58,788 bases of DNA, from the IMG/VR virus record IMGVR_UViG_3300020420_000017, positions 1 through 58,788 of that record. One strand, 5' to 3'. The notes beneath the pieces were generated by a model. That model had not been told where the DNA came from. It was given only the letters and a program-made list of their open reading frames with translations, and searched no databases. The position numbers and the translations under genes are program-made. Shown here in pieces: positions 1-9,398 of this stretch; the stretch's first letter is position 1; each line of letters opens with the position of its first letter. Origin of the DNA: a virus. Its lineage: Duplodnaviria; Caudoviricetes.

Positions 1-270
1 TACAAAGTATACAGCTGCCATGTCTCCTAGTATCTTTGCAGCATTATCGAGACCGAATAATGTTGCAGCAATAACAAAAGCAGGGTAAAGTAACATACCA
101 CCAAGAGCAAACCAAGCCATATTCCTTTGTGCATCTTGTTTTTTATCTTCATTTTCAAGTTGTATCAACTTTTGTTCCATTTCAAATTCTTCATCAGTAA
201 CAACTCCATCATCATCTTTATCAAAACCAGCATACTTACTTCCTGGCTCTAATTGTTTTTGTGCAGCCAT
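1..270 (-). CDS. Partial membrane protein with EF-hand-like loop (runs off window edge)
   Basis: Read manually: ATG at 268-270, MAAQKQLEPGSKYAGFDKDDDGVVTDEEFEME...AWFALGGMLLYPAFVIAATLFG; DxDxDGxxxxxE loop followed by hydrophobic helices. Confidence 0.65.
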   Translation of the reverse strand, partial: MAAQKQLEPGSKYAGFDKDDDGVVTDEEFEMEQKLIQLENEDKKQDAQRNMAWFALGGMLLYPAFVIAATLFGLDNAAKILGDMAAVYFV

Positions 271-457
271 CGCTAAACTCCTTAATTTTCTTCGCTATTT
301 CTTTAGCTTCTTTAAATCCATTACGAAGAGAATTTGACCTATGGCCATTTTCTAAAAACCACTCTATAGTATCTATATCAGATCCTTCAGGCATATTAAA
401 GTCTTTTGTTATAAGTTCAAAATCATTTCTTAATTGTATAGCTTCTGTTAATTGCAA
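236..457 (-). CDS. Hypothetical protein
   Basis: 73 aa ORF packed between neighbours on the coding strand. Confidence 0.6.
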   Translation of the reverse strand: MQLTEAIQLRNDFELITKDFNMPEGSDIDTIEWFLENGHRSNSLRNGFKEAKEIAKKIKEFSDGCTKTIRARK

Positions 458-1131
458 TGTCCAAACATCCTTCTTTTTCTGTATTCATCAATTGTATCAT
501 GTAGTAGTTTAGTATAATTGTCTCTATGTTCTACATAAACTACCGGTTTTTCATGGTCTACATCCATGATTATCACTACGTTTGGTGCGATTAAACCTAC
601 ACGTTCTTCTAGCATGATAGAATACGCAGCACCTTGCGCAAAATAATTACTTATTTTTTCTTTCTTTTTTATATATCTTGATGTTTTAAAATCAATTATA
701 GAAGGCACCCCGTTAAACTGCGCTATACAATCGCAACGACCTGCCACTTTTAAGTGATGACTAAATAAAGGCACCTCGAGACCGAATATCGTTCCAATAC
801 TTTCATCAAGTACTGGTTTAAGATTATCGAGACTTTGTCTGATGTGTGGTAAAAATTCTGTAGTGTCCTCATTGTTTAAATACTTCTCTATGATACTGTG
901 TACTTTGGTACCACGTCTTACGGCTTTACCACTTACTATTTCAGCTTGTTCTTCGCCTACGCGTTGTTTCCAAGCTCGTATAATGTCTTCGGTAAGTACG
1001 CTTAAAACAGTTGTAATACTAGGATAACGATCACCATTAGGAGTAGTATAAGTTCTCCCATTACTGGTTGTTTCTGCATCCAAGTCATTATATTCAAGAT
1101 TAATTTTATCATGACTAAATTTCTTCATCAT
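448..1131 (-). CDS. PD-(D/E)XK (Cas4/RecB-like) exonuclease
   Basis: YPSITTVL, RGTKVH, GRCDCI...IIDFKT, YFAQGAAY motifs typical of the T4-like marine phage exonuclease. Confidence 0.8.
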   Translation of the reverse strand: MMKKFSHDKINLEYNDLDAETTSNGRTYTTPNGDRYPSITTVLSVLTEDIIRAWKQRVGEEQAEIVSGKAVRRGTKVHSIIEKYLNNEDTTEFLPHIRQSLDNLKPVLDESIGTIFGLEVPLFSHHLKVAGRCDCIAQFNGVPSIIDFKTSRYIKKKEKISNYFAQGAAYSIMLEERVGLIAPNVVIIMDVDHEKPVVYVEHRDNYTKLLHDTIDEYRKRRMFGHCN

Positions 1132-1693
1132 ACTTTAAATCTTCTTTCGTAATATAATTTAAATTAAGTACACATCTTATTTTATCATTTGTACACGTTG
1201 TTCCAGCATGTAGATAGTGAGAAGGAAACTCTACTAACCTATTTTGCACACTTTCTACTTTCGTACCATCTTTAAAAACAGTAAAACCGTCATTAGTATT
1301 TAAAAAAAATATTGCAGTTGTGCACTTGAAATGTGAATCATTGTGTAAATCAAATTCTAATATTTTTGGATTATAAGGTGTTACATTTGCTTTTATTCTG
1401 ATTATTACTGCCGGATCAATTTTTTTCATTAACGGCGTAAGCTGAGAATAAAAGTTAGAAACAGTTCCCTTTGGTGCTCTATAAAAAGTATGCACAAATT
1501 GAAAATTATGCATGTCTTGATTAGTATCATAAACCTTGTGTTCACCAAAATTCCATGTTAATTGATTACCAAAGAAAAAAGCTTGCATGGAATGGAATGC
1601 ACTTTTCTGTAAAAAATTATCTGTTATTTTTAGATCATTTTTTAAGTTATGTACTTTCTTTTTTTGTATTTTCTTGTTCATAATTATACTCAA
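1115..1693 (-). CDS. 2OG-Fe(II) oxygenase family protein
   Basis: HxD (LHND) ... H (YLHAG) ... R (IRCVLNLNY) facial-triad pattern, TAIFFLNTNDG; true start may be downstream. Confidence 0.75.
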   Translation of the reverse strand: MSIIMNKKIQKKKVHNLKNDLKITDNFLQKSAFHSMQAFFFGNQLTWNFGEHKVYDTNQDMHNFQFVHTFYRAPKGTVSNFYSQLTPLMKKIDPAVIIRIKANVTPYNPKILEFDLHNDSHFKCTTAIFFLNTNDGFTVFKDGTKVESVQNRLVEFPSHYLHAGTTCTNDKIRCVLNLNYITKEDLKYDEEI

Positions 1694-1916
1694 ATATTTC
1701 TTTTACTGCATCTTTTGTTAAGCAATAAATTGCTTCAGGTGTGTACCGATAGTTATATGACTGAACAGCCTGTTGATATATTTTCATGTTCATTACACTA
1801 ACGTATTCTCTACATTCTTTCATTGACTCAAATGATGGATTTTTAAAAATATACATAGGCCTGTCTAATGCAGCAGTGTTAGCCATCAAAAAAGTTACTA
1901 CTAAAAAAAATTTCAT
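1647..1916 (-). CDS. Hypothetical secreted/membrane protein
   Basis: N-terminal hydrophobic stretch, FxSxxEC ... C pair; GAGG RBS upstream. Confidence 0.6.
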   Translation of the reverse strand: MKFFLVVTFLMANTAALDRPMYIFKNPSFESMKECREYVSVMNMKIYQQAVQSYNYRYTPEAIYCLTKDAVKEIFEYNYEQENTKKEST

Positions 1917-1924
1917 GTTTTCCT

Positions 1925-2155
1925 CTATATTTTTATTGTGTTGTCTTTACCAGAGTTTTCTTTTATTCTTTTTAGATTGTCTTTCCAACCATTATCAGTT
2001 TTAGATAGTAAACTCCCTTGATGAGCAACTATGCCTGGAAATTTTAAGACCTTGACTAATCCATTTTTTTTCAAATATTCATGTAACTCATTTGACTTAC
2101 AATCAATATCAAACTCTTGTCCGCCGTCAAGCGGTTTCACTGTGTATTTCGGCAC
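1925..2155 (-). CDS. FmdB-like small protein
   Basis: Probable GTG start at 2155 (MPKYTVK...), GWKDNLKRIK C-terminus typical of this T4-like family. Confidence 0.5.
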   Translation of the reverse strand: MPKYTVKPLDGGQEFDIDCKSNELHEYLKKNGLVKVLKFPGIVAHQGSLLSKTDNGWKDNLKRIKENSGKDNTIKI

Positions 2156-2708
2156 CGCTATATCCTTTCCACCAATCAGGAGCTTCTCGCTTCCATTGCC
2201 ATTTGGCAAATGGTTTTGCTTTATGATAATAGTTTCTATAGGCTTGAACTGCATCACCAGGAACCATACATTCTGGGTAATGAGTCATTGCTTGAACAAA
2301 CTCGGTAAGACCAATATCCTTAATATTTATAGGAGGAGCAGCTAGTATCGGTCCAAGTTTTTTAAAAGTTATGTGTTGTTTACCTCTACGATATTCGAAT
2401 TCTTTTGCAAGAGACACAAAGTGATAATAGTGCCAATTGTAGTTTTGTAAACTTTCTGCAGTCCATGTTGTACAAGGGTGATACTTGTGTACAGCAGCAT
2501 AATACAAATCATCACGTATGTCACCAAACGTGTAGTATGTTTGCATAGTCTTACCAGATTTAGATCTTCTCTTTTCTGGCGTGCCATCAAGCATTCGATG
2601 AACTGTACTTAGCATTTGTGCTGATTCAATAATCATCTTTGGTACATGCTTATCGCACATCATCATTGCTGCTTTAGCAGGATCTTTATCTAATATAAAA
2701 ATATTCAT
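2127..2708 (-). CDS. Pyrimidine-dimer DNA glycosylase (DenV-like) family protein
   Basis: MNIFILD...CDKHVPKMIIESAQMLST, HPCTTW, QAMT...AYRNYY signature. Confidence 0.75.
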   Translation of the reverse strand: MNIFILDKDPAKAAMMMCDKHVPKMIIESAQMLSTVHRMLDGTPEKRRSKSGKTMQTYYTFGDIRDDLYYAAVHKYHPCTTWTAESLQNYNWHYYHFVSLAKEFEYRRGKQHITFKKLGPILAAPPINIKDIGLTEFVQAMTHYPECMVPGDAVQAYRNYYHKAKPFAKWQWKREAPDWWKGYSGAEIHSETA

Positions 2709-2729
2709 TTTTCACCTTTAAATAATAAT

Positions 2730-2758
2730 ATAATACCATAATTTTAGTCATTTGTAAA
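2730..2758 (-). promoter_or_regulatory. Early/sigma70-type promoter
   Basis: TTTACA-N17-TATTAT upstream of denV-like gene. Confidence 0.7.
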
Positions 2759-2769
2759 CAGTTATTTTT

Positions 2770-2931
2770 TTAATTGATTTGAAATTTATCCTCCAGTACT
2801 TGCTTCAACTTGATTTTACGTCTTATGAAATTTAATTTCTTAACAATTCGTTCCATTCGATTTATTCTACCTTTCTTGCGTAACTTTGATGCGTGAATTT
2901 GTAAATCTTTTTCAAGTTGTTGTAGTAACAT
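2770..2931 (-). CDS. Small basic hypothetical protein (53 aa)
   Basis: Read manually: MLLQQLEKDLQIHASKLRKKGRINRMERIVKK..., AAAGG RBS. Confidence 0.55.
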   Translation of the reverse strand: MLLQQLEKDLQIHASKLRKKGRINRMERIVKKLNFIRRKIKLKQVLEDKFQIN

Positions 2932-2958
2932 TTCTCTACCTTTCTTAAGATAGTAGAG

Positions 2959-3375
2959 TCAGTCCTGTAGTAATTTTGGAAATGCCTCCTCTACTATCGG
3001 CCTGCTTAGCCCGTTTGGTTTTTTCTTATTGATCATTGAAATAACAATTTTTGCGTCTTCAGGATGCACACCTTCTAGTATACCTATGAATATTTGTTCT
3101 CTCTTAACAGCAGGCAACTTATCGCCCGGACCACCTTTTACAAAGTATTTAAATTTTTGATTTTCTTTTGTTAAATTTGCAGGGTGGAAATGTGATGGTG
3201 ATGGCGTATATGGTGGTTGGCCGTCAGGCAAGTTCCATAATACTTTTGAATCCATCGTTCCTCTTAATACATCTTTAAGAGCCCATGTTTCATTCTCTTT
3301 TAATATTCTAATCTTATCATCACGATTACGTTGTTTTGCCACTTCTTCAAGCACTTCATAAACATACTGTTTCAT
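2959..3375 (-). CDS. Conserved T4-like hypothetical protein (rnh-adjacent)
   Basis: LPDGQPPY, KREQIFIGILEGVHPEDA motif and position downstream of rnh. Confidence 0.7.
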   Translation of the reverse strand: MKQYVYEVLEEVAKQRNRDDKIRILKENETWALKDVLRGTMDSKVLWNLPDGQPPYTPSPSHFHPANLTKENQKFKYFVKGGPGDKLPAVKREQIFIGILEGVHPEDAKIVISMINKKKPNGLSRPIVEEAFPKLLQD

Positions 3376-4244
3376 TAAATAAACTCCTGTGCACTTTCAA
3401 TCAATTGATTACACTTGTTCGATACAAGATATGGAAATACTTTACCTCGTCTCGCCCATCGTAAATCTGGCTTATCAGCCATAAAGTTATTTATAATTTC
3501 TCTTCTGAGCTCTTGTGGTGTTTCACTTAGATCGATTAATTTTTTATTTCTACAATAATTTCGATACCAAGAAGCTGCATAAAGCAATTCACCTTCTTCA
3601 AGATCTTCCATTATATTATCTATCTTCTTTTGAGTTATTGGAGTTTGCCTGAAACCTTCAACAAATACATTATCGTCAGATAAAATATTTGGTACTCCAT
3701 CACCTTTATCACCTTTTATAATATGTGTTTGTAAGTATACTCTTGGATTATCAACAGTTAATTCTTTTTTAAGAAGTGGCGAGTATTGTCTTACAAATTT
3801 ATATTTTTGTAACTGTAAGAAATCTCTATCAGAAGATACTATCATTATCTTTTCAGGATCGTAATCTCTGTTTGGATCCGGATTTCGAGTAACTAATGTA
3901 CCTATGACATCATCAGCCTCACACTTGTCAACTCTTATAACAGTATAAGGAAAGTTTTCGGCGATTTCTTCTCGTATTTTGTTTAAAATTCTAAAGGCTT
4001 CACCCCAATCAAATGTAGATTCTTTCTGAGTTTTCTTTCTACTTGCTTTATATTGTGGAAAAGCTGTCCTGCGCCAGTTATTTGACGCATCGACAGCAAG
4101 AACTAATTCACCATACTCTTCTTTGTATCTTGTTCGATACATTCTAAGGGAGTTGAGAATCATATGGCGAATTAGTTGTTCGTCAAACGTTTTATTAATT
4201 ATTATGCTTGCTAAAGCAATACCACTGTAGTCAACAATAATCAT
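3375..4244 (-). CDS. rnh: RNase H / 5'-3' flap exonuclease
   Basis: IIVDYS, WRR..FPQYKASR, EADDVIG, SSDRDFLQL, GDKGDGVPN. Confidence 0.92.
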   Translation of the reverse strand: MIIVDYSGIALASIIINKTFDEQLIRHMILNSLRMYRTRYKEEYGELVLAVDASNNWRRTAFPQYKASRKKTQKESTFDWGEAFRILNKIREEIAENFPYTVIRVDKCEADDVIGTLVTRNPDPNRDYDPEKIMIVSSDRDFLQLQKYKFVRQYSPLLKKELTVDNPRVYLQTHIIKGDKGDGVPNILSDDNVFVEGFRQTPITQKKIDNIMEDLEEGELLYAASWYRNYCRNKKLIDLSETPQELRREIINNFMADKPDLRWARRGKVFPYLVSNKCNQLIESAQEFI

Positions 4245-4567
4245 GAGTATTCACTCCATGACTGATCTGGATATCTTGATTCGCCCCAAGACAATCCATC
4301 AGGTCGTCTTAAATCATTTCTTGTCCAGATATAAACATCCCATAATGTGGCATTTTTCATACCACCTTTTGGATTGCCGCCGTAAACAAAACCGTACTTT
4401 GGTTTGCGACCTTTCTTTTCGACTCTAAACTTTTTGCTAGAGTTTGCATTAACGACTTTTACAACAGCTTTGACTGTTTCATATTCTTTCATATCTTCAG
4501 GGTTAGAAGGATCAAACCTTCCAACCCATGATGTTGATCTTTTGTGCTTACCAATAAAAATACCCAT
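4241..4567 (-). CDS. Hypothetical protein
   Basis: 108 aa ORF with stop/start coupling to neighbours. Confidence 0.6.
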   Translation of the reverse strand: MGIFIGKHKRSTSWVGRFDPSNPEDMKEYETVKAVVKVVNANSSKKFRVEKKGRKPKYGFVYGGNPKGGMKNATLWDVYIWTRNDLRRPDGLSWGESRYPDQSWSEYS

Positions 4568-4755
4568 TATATTTTTCTCCCTTCAAAATCTAATGATGAC
4601 TCATGAGCTTCTTGTGTGTCATTATTTGGGTAACGTACTGCATAGTAACCGTTACCTAAGTATGTTAAAATCTGAACGTAATCATCAGTAAAGTGACATC
4701 TAGCAAATACTTTTTTTTCCATTACACAGCCTCCTGAAAACCAATTGGCATACAC
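4567..4755 (-). CDS. Hypothetical protein (start probably at 4722, MEKKV)
   Basis: ORF with GGAGG before the internal ATG. Confidence 0.55.
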   Translation of the reverse strand: MYANWFSGGCVMEKKVFARCHFTDDYVQILTYLGNGYYAVRYPNNDTQEAHESSLDFEGRKI

Positions 4756-5033
4756 TTAAACTTTTTATATTCTTTATTATTGAACCAGATAGTGAAGGTA
4801 TCACCAACCATTGAGCTTCTTAAGCCAGAACCGTCGTTTCTGTAATGAAGAACTTCGACGTTATCGTTGGCATCGCTGCCGATTTTTTTAGACCATGAAC
4901 CGTCTGTATTTTGAGTGTATCTAAAAGCATAATTTAATGCTTCATTGATGTTACTTGTTTGAGTTTTGATCGATGCCGCATTATAAGGCGTACCACCAAA
5001 ATCATTATTATATGTAACTACTACTTCTATCAT
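4722..5033 (-). CDS. Hypothetical early protein
   Basis: AAGGGAG RBS, directly downstream of promoter; LRSSMVGD motif. Confidence 0.65.
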   Translation of the reverse strand: MIEVVVTYNNDFGGTPYNAASIKTQTSNINEALNYAFRYTQNTDGSWSKKIGSDANDNVEVLHYRNDGSGLRSSMVGDTFTIWFNNKEYKKFKCMPIGFQEAV

Positions 5034-5076
5034 AACTAAACTCCCTTTAATAGTTAATTTTTTATTTTATAATTAT

Positions 5077-5105
5077 ATTATACACTGTTTTTTTGTAAAT
5101 GTACA
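5077..5105 (-). promoter_or_regulatory. Early promoter
   Basis: TGTACA-N17-TATAAT. Confidence 0.8.
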
Positions 5106-5137
5106 CTAAAAAATGCACTTTTTTTAAAAAAATAAAC

Positions 5138-5149
5138 ATAACATGTTAA
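5138..5149. promoter_or_regulatory. Palindromic operator-like site ATAACATGTTAA
   Basis: One of four copies upstream of early promoters. Confidence 0.55.
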
Positions 5150-5376
5150 CTATTTCTTTTCTTTCTTTCTTGTCTAAACTTCCATAACATCCAATCATAA
5201 TATCTTTCAGGCTCTGGATCATCAGATTTAACTAATTTGCGTTCGCTCTTGCCAAAATCTCTTTCGTAAACTGTCTTACCACCATCAGGTGATTCATAAA
5301 TTTTTTTAGGTTTTTCTTCAGGCAATTCTACATGATCACCAGTTCCTGTCATATCTTGTGTATACTTATTCATCAT
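5146..5376 (-). CDS. Hypothetical protein
   Basis: IYESPDGGKTVYER motif common in marine phages. Confidence 0.65.
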   Translation of the reverse strand: MMNKYTQDMTGTGDHVELPEEKPKKIYESPDGGKTVYERDFGKSERKLVKSDDPEPERYYDWMLWKFRQERKKRNS

Positions 5377-6070
5377 AAAACTCCTCTACCATTGGAAATA
5401 TTTTTGATATAGCTTTACCGCAAGCTTTTGCAACTTGCATACATTCTTTTTGAGTACCATTTGCTGAGCGTAATTCTATAAAGTGAATCCAACTTCTTAT
5501 CGTACCATTCATATATAATCTAGACCTAGTTAATCCTTCAGGTAACACTACTCTAGCTTGTTCTTTAGCTACGTCATTTTCTATTGCCCACTTATACGCC
5601 TCTTTACAAACTTTAATTACTTCTTCTTGTTTACGTTTCCAACCCATATCTAAAGCTAATTCTGTATTTTTAATACTGTTTTGCCTGTTTTTCTTATCTT
5701 GAAGTCTTGCTTCTCTTACAACAAATTCTAACTCTTCTACTGGATTAGCGTACCTTTGACTAAATTCTTGAAAACTAAAACTTCTATGTCTTAGCAATTG
5801 TCTTGCAATGTCTCTTGTAGTTTCTATTTCAATACAAGCACTAACCATTTCGAATGGTGACCAATGTTTATATTTAATTAAATATCTTAATAACTTTTCA
5901 GTTGTTGCAGAATTATTCTGATTAGAAGGATTAGAAACTCTAGCGCAAAATGCAATTAAATCTTGAGAGCCTAAAACTAAATTTTTAGGATTTTCATCAT
6001 CTTTTTCATTATCACTAGACCATAGTCTAAATTCAGAAGGTTTACTATAACTAATTAATTCTGCTTTCAT
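5366..6070 (-). CDS. thyX: FAD-dependent thymidylate synthase
   Basis: RHRSFSFQEFSQRY ThyX motif, HWSPFE, EQARVVLP. Confidence 0.95.
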   Translation of the reverse strand: MKAELISYSKPSEFRLWSSDNEKDDENPKNLVLGSQDLIAFCARVSNPSNQNNSATTEKLLRYLIKYKHWSPFEMVSACIEIETTRDIARQLLRHRSFSFQEFSQRYANPVEELEFVVREARLQDKKNRQNSIKNTELALDMGWKRKQEEVIKVCKEAYKWAIENDVAKEQARVVLPEGLTRSRLYMNGTIRSWIHFIELRSANGTQKECMQVAKACGKAISKIFPMVEEFYDE

Positions 6071-6285
6071 TTAATACTACCTATCATTATTAATATACAA
6101 ATATAGAAGAATGCAAATATAAAAACTGGTGTTGCATTTGAAATCTTTTTTGTAGTTTTTGGTTCTTCTTTTAAATAATAAAAACCCATATAGTCTCTAT
6201 CCCAAGCGTCTCTTCTTGTATCTTTTTTACGCTGATCTACGTGTATAGTTCTTGGATCAACTTTATAAACTTCAGGTTTTTTCAT
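6067..6285 (-). CDS. Small membrane protein
   Basis: C-terminal hydrophobic helix. Confidence 0.55.
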   Translation of the reverse strand: MKKPEVYKVDPRTIHVDQRKKDTRRDAWDRDYMGFYYLKEEPKTTKKISNATPVFIFAFFYICILIMIGSIK

Positions 6286-6472
6286 TGTCTGCCTTTAATT
6301 GTTCTAATAAACTTCTATATTCTCTAATTACACACAAGCAGTTTGGTATGTCGTGTCTGTAATTTATCCAATGAGGTTTATGACTTTGATTCCAAGTGTG
6401 TCCATCAGCCTGCATTAAATTTTCAGATAATTTTTTTTCAAGTTTATTTAACTTTTCTATGTTATAAAACAT
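6272..6472 (-). CDS. Hypothetical protein
   Basis: 66 aa ORF coupled to gp41 stop. Confidence 0.55.
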   Translation of the reverse strand: MFYNIEKLNKLEKKLSENLMQADGHTWNQSHKPHWINYRHDIPNCLCVIREYRSLLEQLKADNEKT

Positions 6473-7839
6473 TATAATTTAAAGTCCTTAAATCTTTTTC
6501 CTGTTTCTGTCTTATCAAATACTGGAGTATCGTCTGATAGAGTTTGCTGATTTTCTTCTACATCATACAAACGCATCTTACTTCGATCGACACCAACTAC
6601 AAATCTTTTATGTAGTGTTGGATCGTTGTAACGGTTCTTTAATTGTTTTACCATGAACTGCCCTTGCTGTTCAAGTTCTTCAGTTGTTATGAGAGCAAAC
6701 ATTAAGTCCGCGGTAGCGGGTAATCCAAAAGATTCACTTGTATCTTCAAGCCCAACATCCGAGTTAGAATAACCGCTACGAGTCGTTTGCGTTGCAGAGA
6801 AGATCGGTAAGTCAAATTCGACCGCAAGACCACGTAATTCTTCAGCAATTGCTTTAATGTAAGAGTATGAATTGATTGCACCGCCCATTCCTTTCATTCT
6901 AGAACTTGCACATATATTTAAATAATCAATAAAAATTAAGTCTGGTTCAAATTGTCTTTTTAGTTTAAGTTCATTCAATAAAGCTCTAAAATGACCAGCG
7001 TGCGCAGAGCCGGTTGGATATTCTTTTATTATTAATTTACCTTGTGTCTTACGCGCAATGTCTTGTACTTTTAAACTAAAAGTGTTCTTTGGTAATTTAT
7101 CTAATTGATCAATAGGAACATCAAGTAAATTTGCATCTATTCTTTCAGCTATTCTTTCTTCTGCCATTTCCATTGTAATATATAAAACGTTTTGACCTTG
7201 AACTAAAGCCGAGGCAGCAACATGACACATAAATAAAGACTTACCGACACCGGTACCAGCGAGAGCAATATTAAGAGTTTTACGTGGGACACCACCTTTG
7301 GTGATTGTGTTAAAGTATTCCAAATCAAATGGAAGCCTGTCTTCTTCTGTATGGTAGAATTCATATCGTTCCTCCGCGTTTTCTACGTAGTCATGGCCAA
7401 CTTGTAGATCAAAGCCGACACCTAGAGCTTTAGTCAACAAGTCTGGTAAGGCACCTTTAGTTAATTGTTCGTGTTTACCATCAATAATTGATATTGATTC
7501 CATAATTGCAAGATATATTGCACGATCTTGACACCACTTTTCAGTAGTATCAACTAGCCATTTATCGTCTACAGTATCACCAGTGAATAGCTGCGGTACT
7601 ATATCCATAGCCATATTATATTGCTCATCACTTAGTTTATCACTTTGATCAAGTTCAATTTTAAATGATTCAGCATTTGGCAACTTGTTATACTTAGCAA
7701 CAAATTTACCAGCTTCTCGAAACAATATTCTATAGATACCTTCAAAATAATCTGGTTTGATAAAAGGTAGTACTTTACGCATATACTTTTCATCAGTTAA
7801 CAGATTACGTAATATAGTTTGTTCTAAATTAGTAGGCAT
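6472..7839 (-). CDS. 41: Replicative DNA helicase gp41
   Basis: Walker A AGTGVGKS, ITMEMAEE, FIDYLN, SESFGLPATAD, QLKNRY. Confidence 0.95.
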   Translation of the reverse strand: MPTNLEQTILRNLLTDEKYMRKVLPFIKPDYFEGIYRILFREAGKFVAKYNKLPNAESFKIELDQSDKLSDEQYNMAMDIVPQLFTGDTVDDKWLVDTTEKWCQDRAIYLAIMESISIIDGKHEQLTKGALPDLLTKALGVGFDLQVGHDYVENAEERYEFYHTEEDRLPFDLEYFNTITKGGVPRKTLNIALAGTGVGKSLFMCHVAASALVQGQNVLYITMEMAEERIAERIDANLLDVPIDQLDKLPKNTFSLKVQDIARKTQGKLIIKEYPTGSAHAGHFRALLNELKLKRQFEPDLIFIDYLNICASSRMKGMGGAINSYSYIKAIAEELRGLAVEFDLPIFSATQTTRSGYSNSDVGLEDTSESFGLPATADLMFALITTEELEQQGQFMVKQLKNRYNDPTLHKRFVVGVDRSKMRLYDVEENQQTLSDDTPVFDKTETGKRFKDFKL

Positions 7840-8011
7840 ATGCAGCTTTTCTCAATTCCTCATCAATTTGTTTTTGTACTTCTTCAACTCGGCTTTCAAG
7901 ATAGCTTATTGAGGTGTGTATATGTCCAGTATCATGGGGTTCTAATTTACCTTTGGCGATAGATATTTCATCCATTAATAAAATTAATCTTTGACTAGTT
8001 GTTATCTGCAT
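7829..8011 (-). CDS. Hypothetical protein
   Basis: 60 aa ORF overlapping both neighbours. Confidence 0.55.
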   Translation of the reverse strand: MQITTSQRLILLMDEISIAKGKLEPHDTGHIHTSISYLESRVEEVQKQIDEELRKAAYAY

Positions 8012-8303
8012 CTATTATCTCTCTCGTTATTATTGATTTATCTTTTATACCATTTGATATTATTTTTTCTAATAAAGCACCAGCAAAATCTTGTAAATTG
8101 AAGTCATCTCTTGTTAGTTCAGTATCTGGTGTATAAACAATATTAAAATTAAAAGACATGTTTTTTGGAATTTCATTAAATTTAATAACACCGTATTTTA
8201 AAACAGTTTCAGTAAACGGACCTTTTAAGATTCTTACATTCCAAGCGTTTTCATCATTATGATCTGGTATTATTTCAAAATGTTTGTTTTCTTCTAGAAC
8301 CAT
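7995..8303 (-). CDS. Hypothetical protein at the gp40 position
   Basis: Lies between uvsX and 41, as gp40 does in T4. Confidence 0.55.
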   Translation of the reverse strand: MVLEENKHFEIIPDHNDENAWNVRILKGPFTETVLKYGVIKFNEIPKNMSFNFNIVYTPDTELTRDDFNLQDFAGALLEKIISNGIKDKSIITREIIDADNN

Positions 8304-9346
8304 TAATGTGCATCCATTTTATTTAAATTAATATTAGCGTTAACTATTGAGTATTTGCTAGTAATATAATCTTTAAAATCAGTATCTTCAATTATTGGTT
8401 TCCAAAACTTTTCATTTAACGTATCTTTTTCTCTAACTTTTGGATCCACCAATTCTCCAGTTGATTTATCGACTCGGCAATACCAACCAACGCTTGGCTT
8501 ACTGACATAGTTACCTGATAAAGCAACCTCAAGCAAACCAGACCAATGTTGAACACCACCGTCCCAACTAACAGAAATAGGAATCTTAGACTTTTCTTTA
8601 ACATATCTTGATTTCTCCACATTAATTACAAAGTGATAGCCTTTTATTTCTGTACCTTGTTTGTCCTGTTGTCTACCTACAATCCAAATATTATCTGCAC
8701 TGTAATAAATACCGGTACCACCTGACACGACATCTTTTGGAAATAAGCCGATTTCTTTGTATGTGTGGTTAACAGCAATTAAAGGTATATCTTTCATATT
8801 TAAATATGGTGTAGTCATTCTAAATAAACCTTTAAGTGCTTTTGCTCTTGACATATCTGCCACTGACTTTTCATTAATGGCATCATCTAATTCTTTCTTT
8901 GATGCAAGGTTACCGACTGAATCAATAATTATAATCACTTTATCTTTTCTATCTAATCCTTCTAATTGAGCAATGATATCAAATTTAAGTTCTTCCACAT
9001 TTGTAATTGGTGTATGCAGAACTCTTGTTGTATCAATATCAAAGTTTTCAAAATAAGCTTGAGGCGAACCAAACTCTGAATCATAAAATAATAATACAGC
9101 ATCATCATATTTTTTTAAATAAGCACTTGCCATAATTAAAGCAAACGATGTTTTAAAATGTTTTGATGGACCTGCAAGTACTGTCAGCCCTGGTGCCAAG
9201 CCTCCGTCCATCGAACCTGATAATGCCACATTAATCATTGGCACTTCAGTTGCAACCATATCCTTTTCATTAAAGAATTTAGAATCAGCAAGTATAGAAG
9301 TAAAATCACTCTTACTGTTCTTTTTTAATTTATCCATTATTGACAT
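8303..9346 (-). CDS. uvsX: RecA-like recombinase UvsX
   Basis: GPSKHFKT, YDSEFG, IDSVGNLAS, SGGTGIYYSAD. Confidence 0.95.
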   Translation of the reverse strand: MSIMDKLKKNSKSDFTSILADSKFFNEKDMVATEVPMINVALSGSMDGGLAPGLTVLAGPSKHFKTSFALIMASAYLKKYDDAVLLFYDSEFGSPQAYFENFDIDTTRVLHTPITNVEELKFDIIAQLEGLDRKDKVIIIIDSVGNLASKKELDDAINEKSVADMSRAKALKGLFRMTTPYLNMKDIPLIAVNHTYKEIGLFPKDVVSGGTGIYYSADNIWIVGRQQDKQGTEIKGYHFVINVEKSRYVKEKSKIPISVSWDGGVQHWSGLLEVALSGNYVSKPSVGWYCRVDKSTGELVDPKVREKDTLNEKFWKPIIEDTDFKDYITSKYSIVNANINLNKMDAH

Positions 9347-9369
9347 TTATTTCTCCTACAAATAATAAT

Positions 9370-9398
9370 ATTATACCATAAACGCATCGAGTTGTACA
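9370..9398 (-). promoter_or_regulatory. Promoter for uvsX, embedded in the 3' end of the upstream gene
   Basis: TGTACA-N17-TATAAT. Confidence 0.75.

Noticed and set aside
448-1131. Cas4-like nuclease implying a CRISPR system
   Set aside because: No repeat-spacer array or other cas genes seen, and no four-Cys Fe-S motif.
1115-1693. 2OG-Fe(II) oxygenase as a TET/JBP partner of the C5-MTase
   Set aside because: Looks like the generic short marine-phage oxygenase family, lies about 8 kb away and is not needed given gp42.
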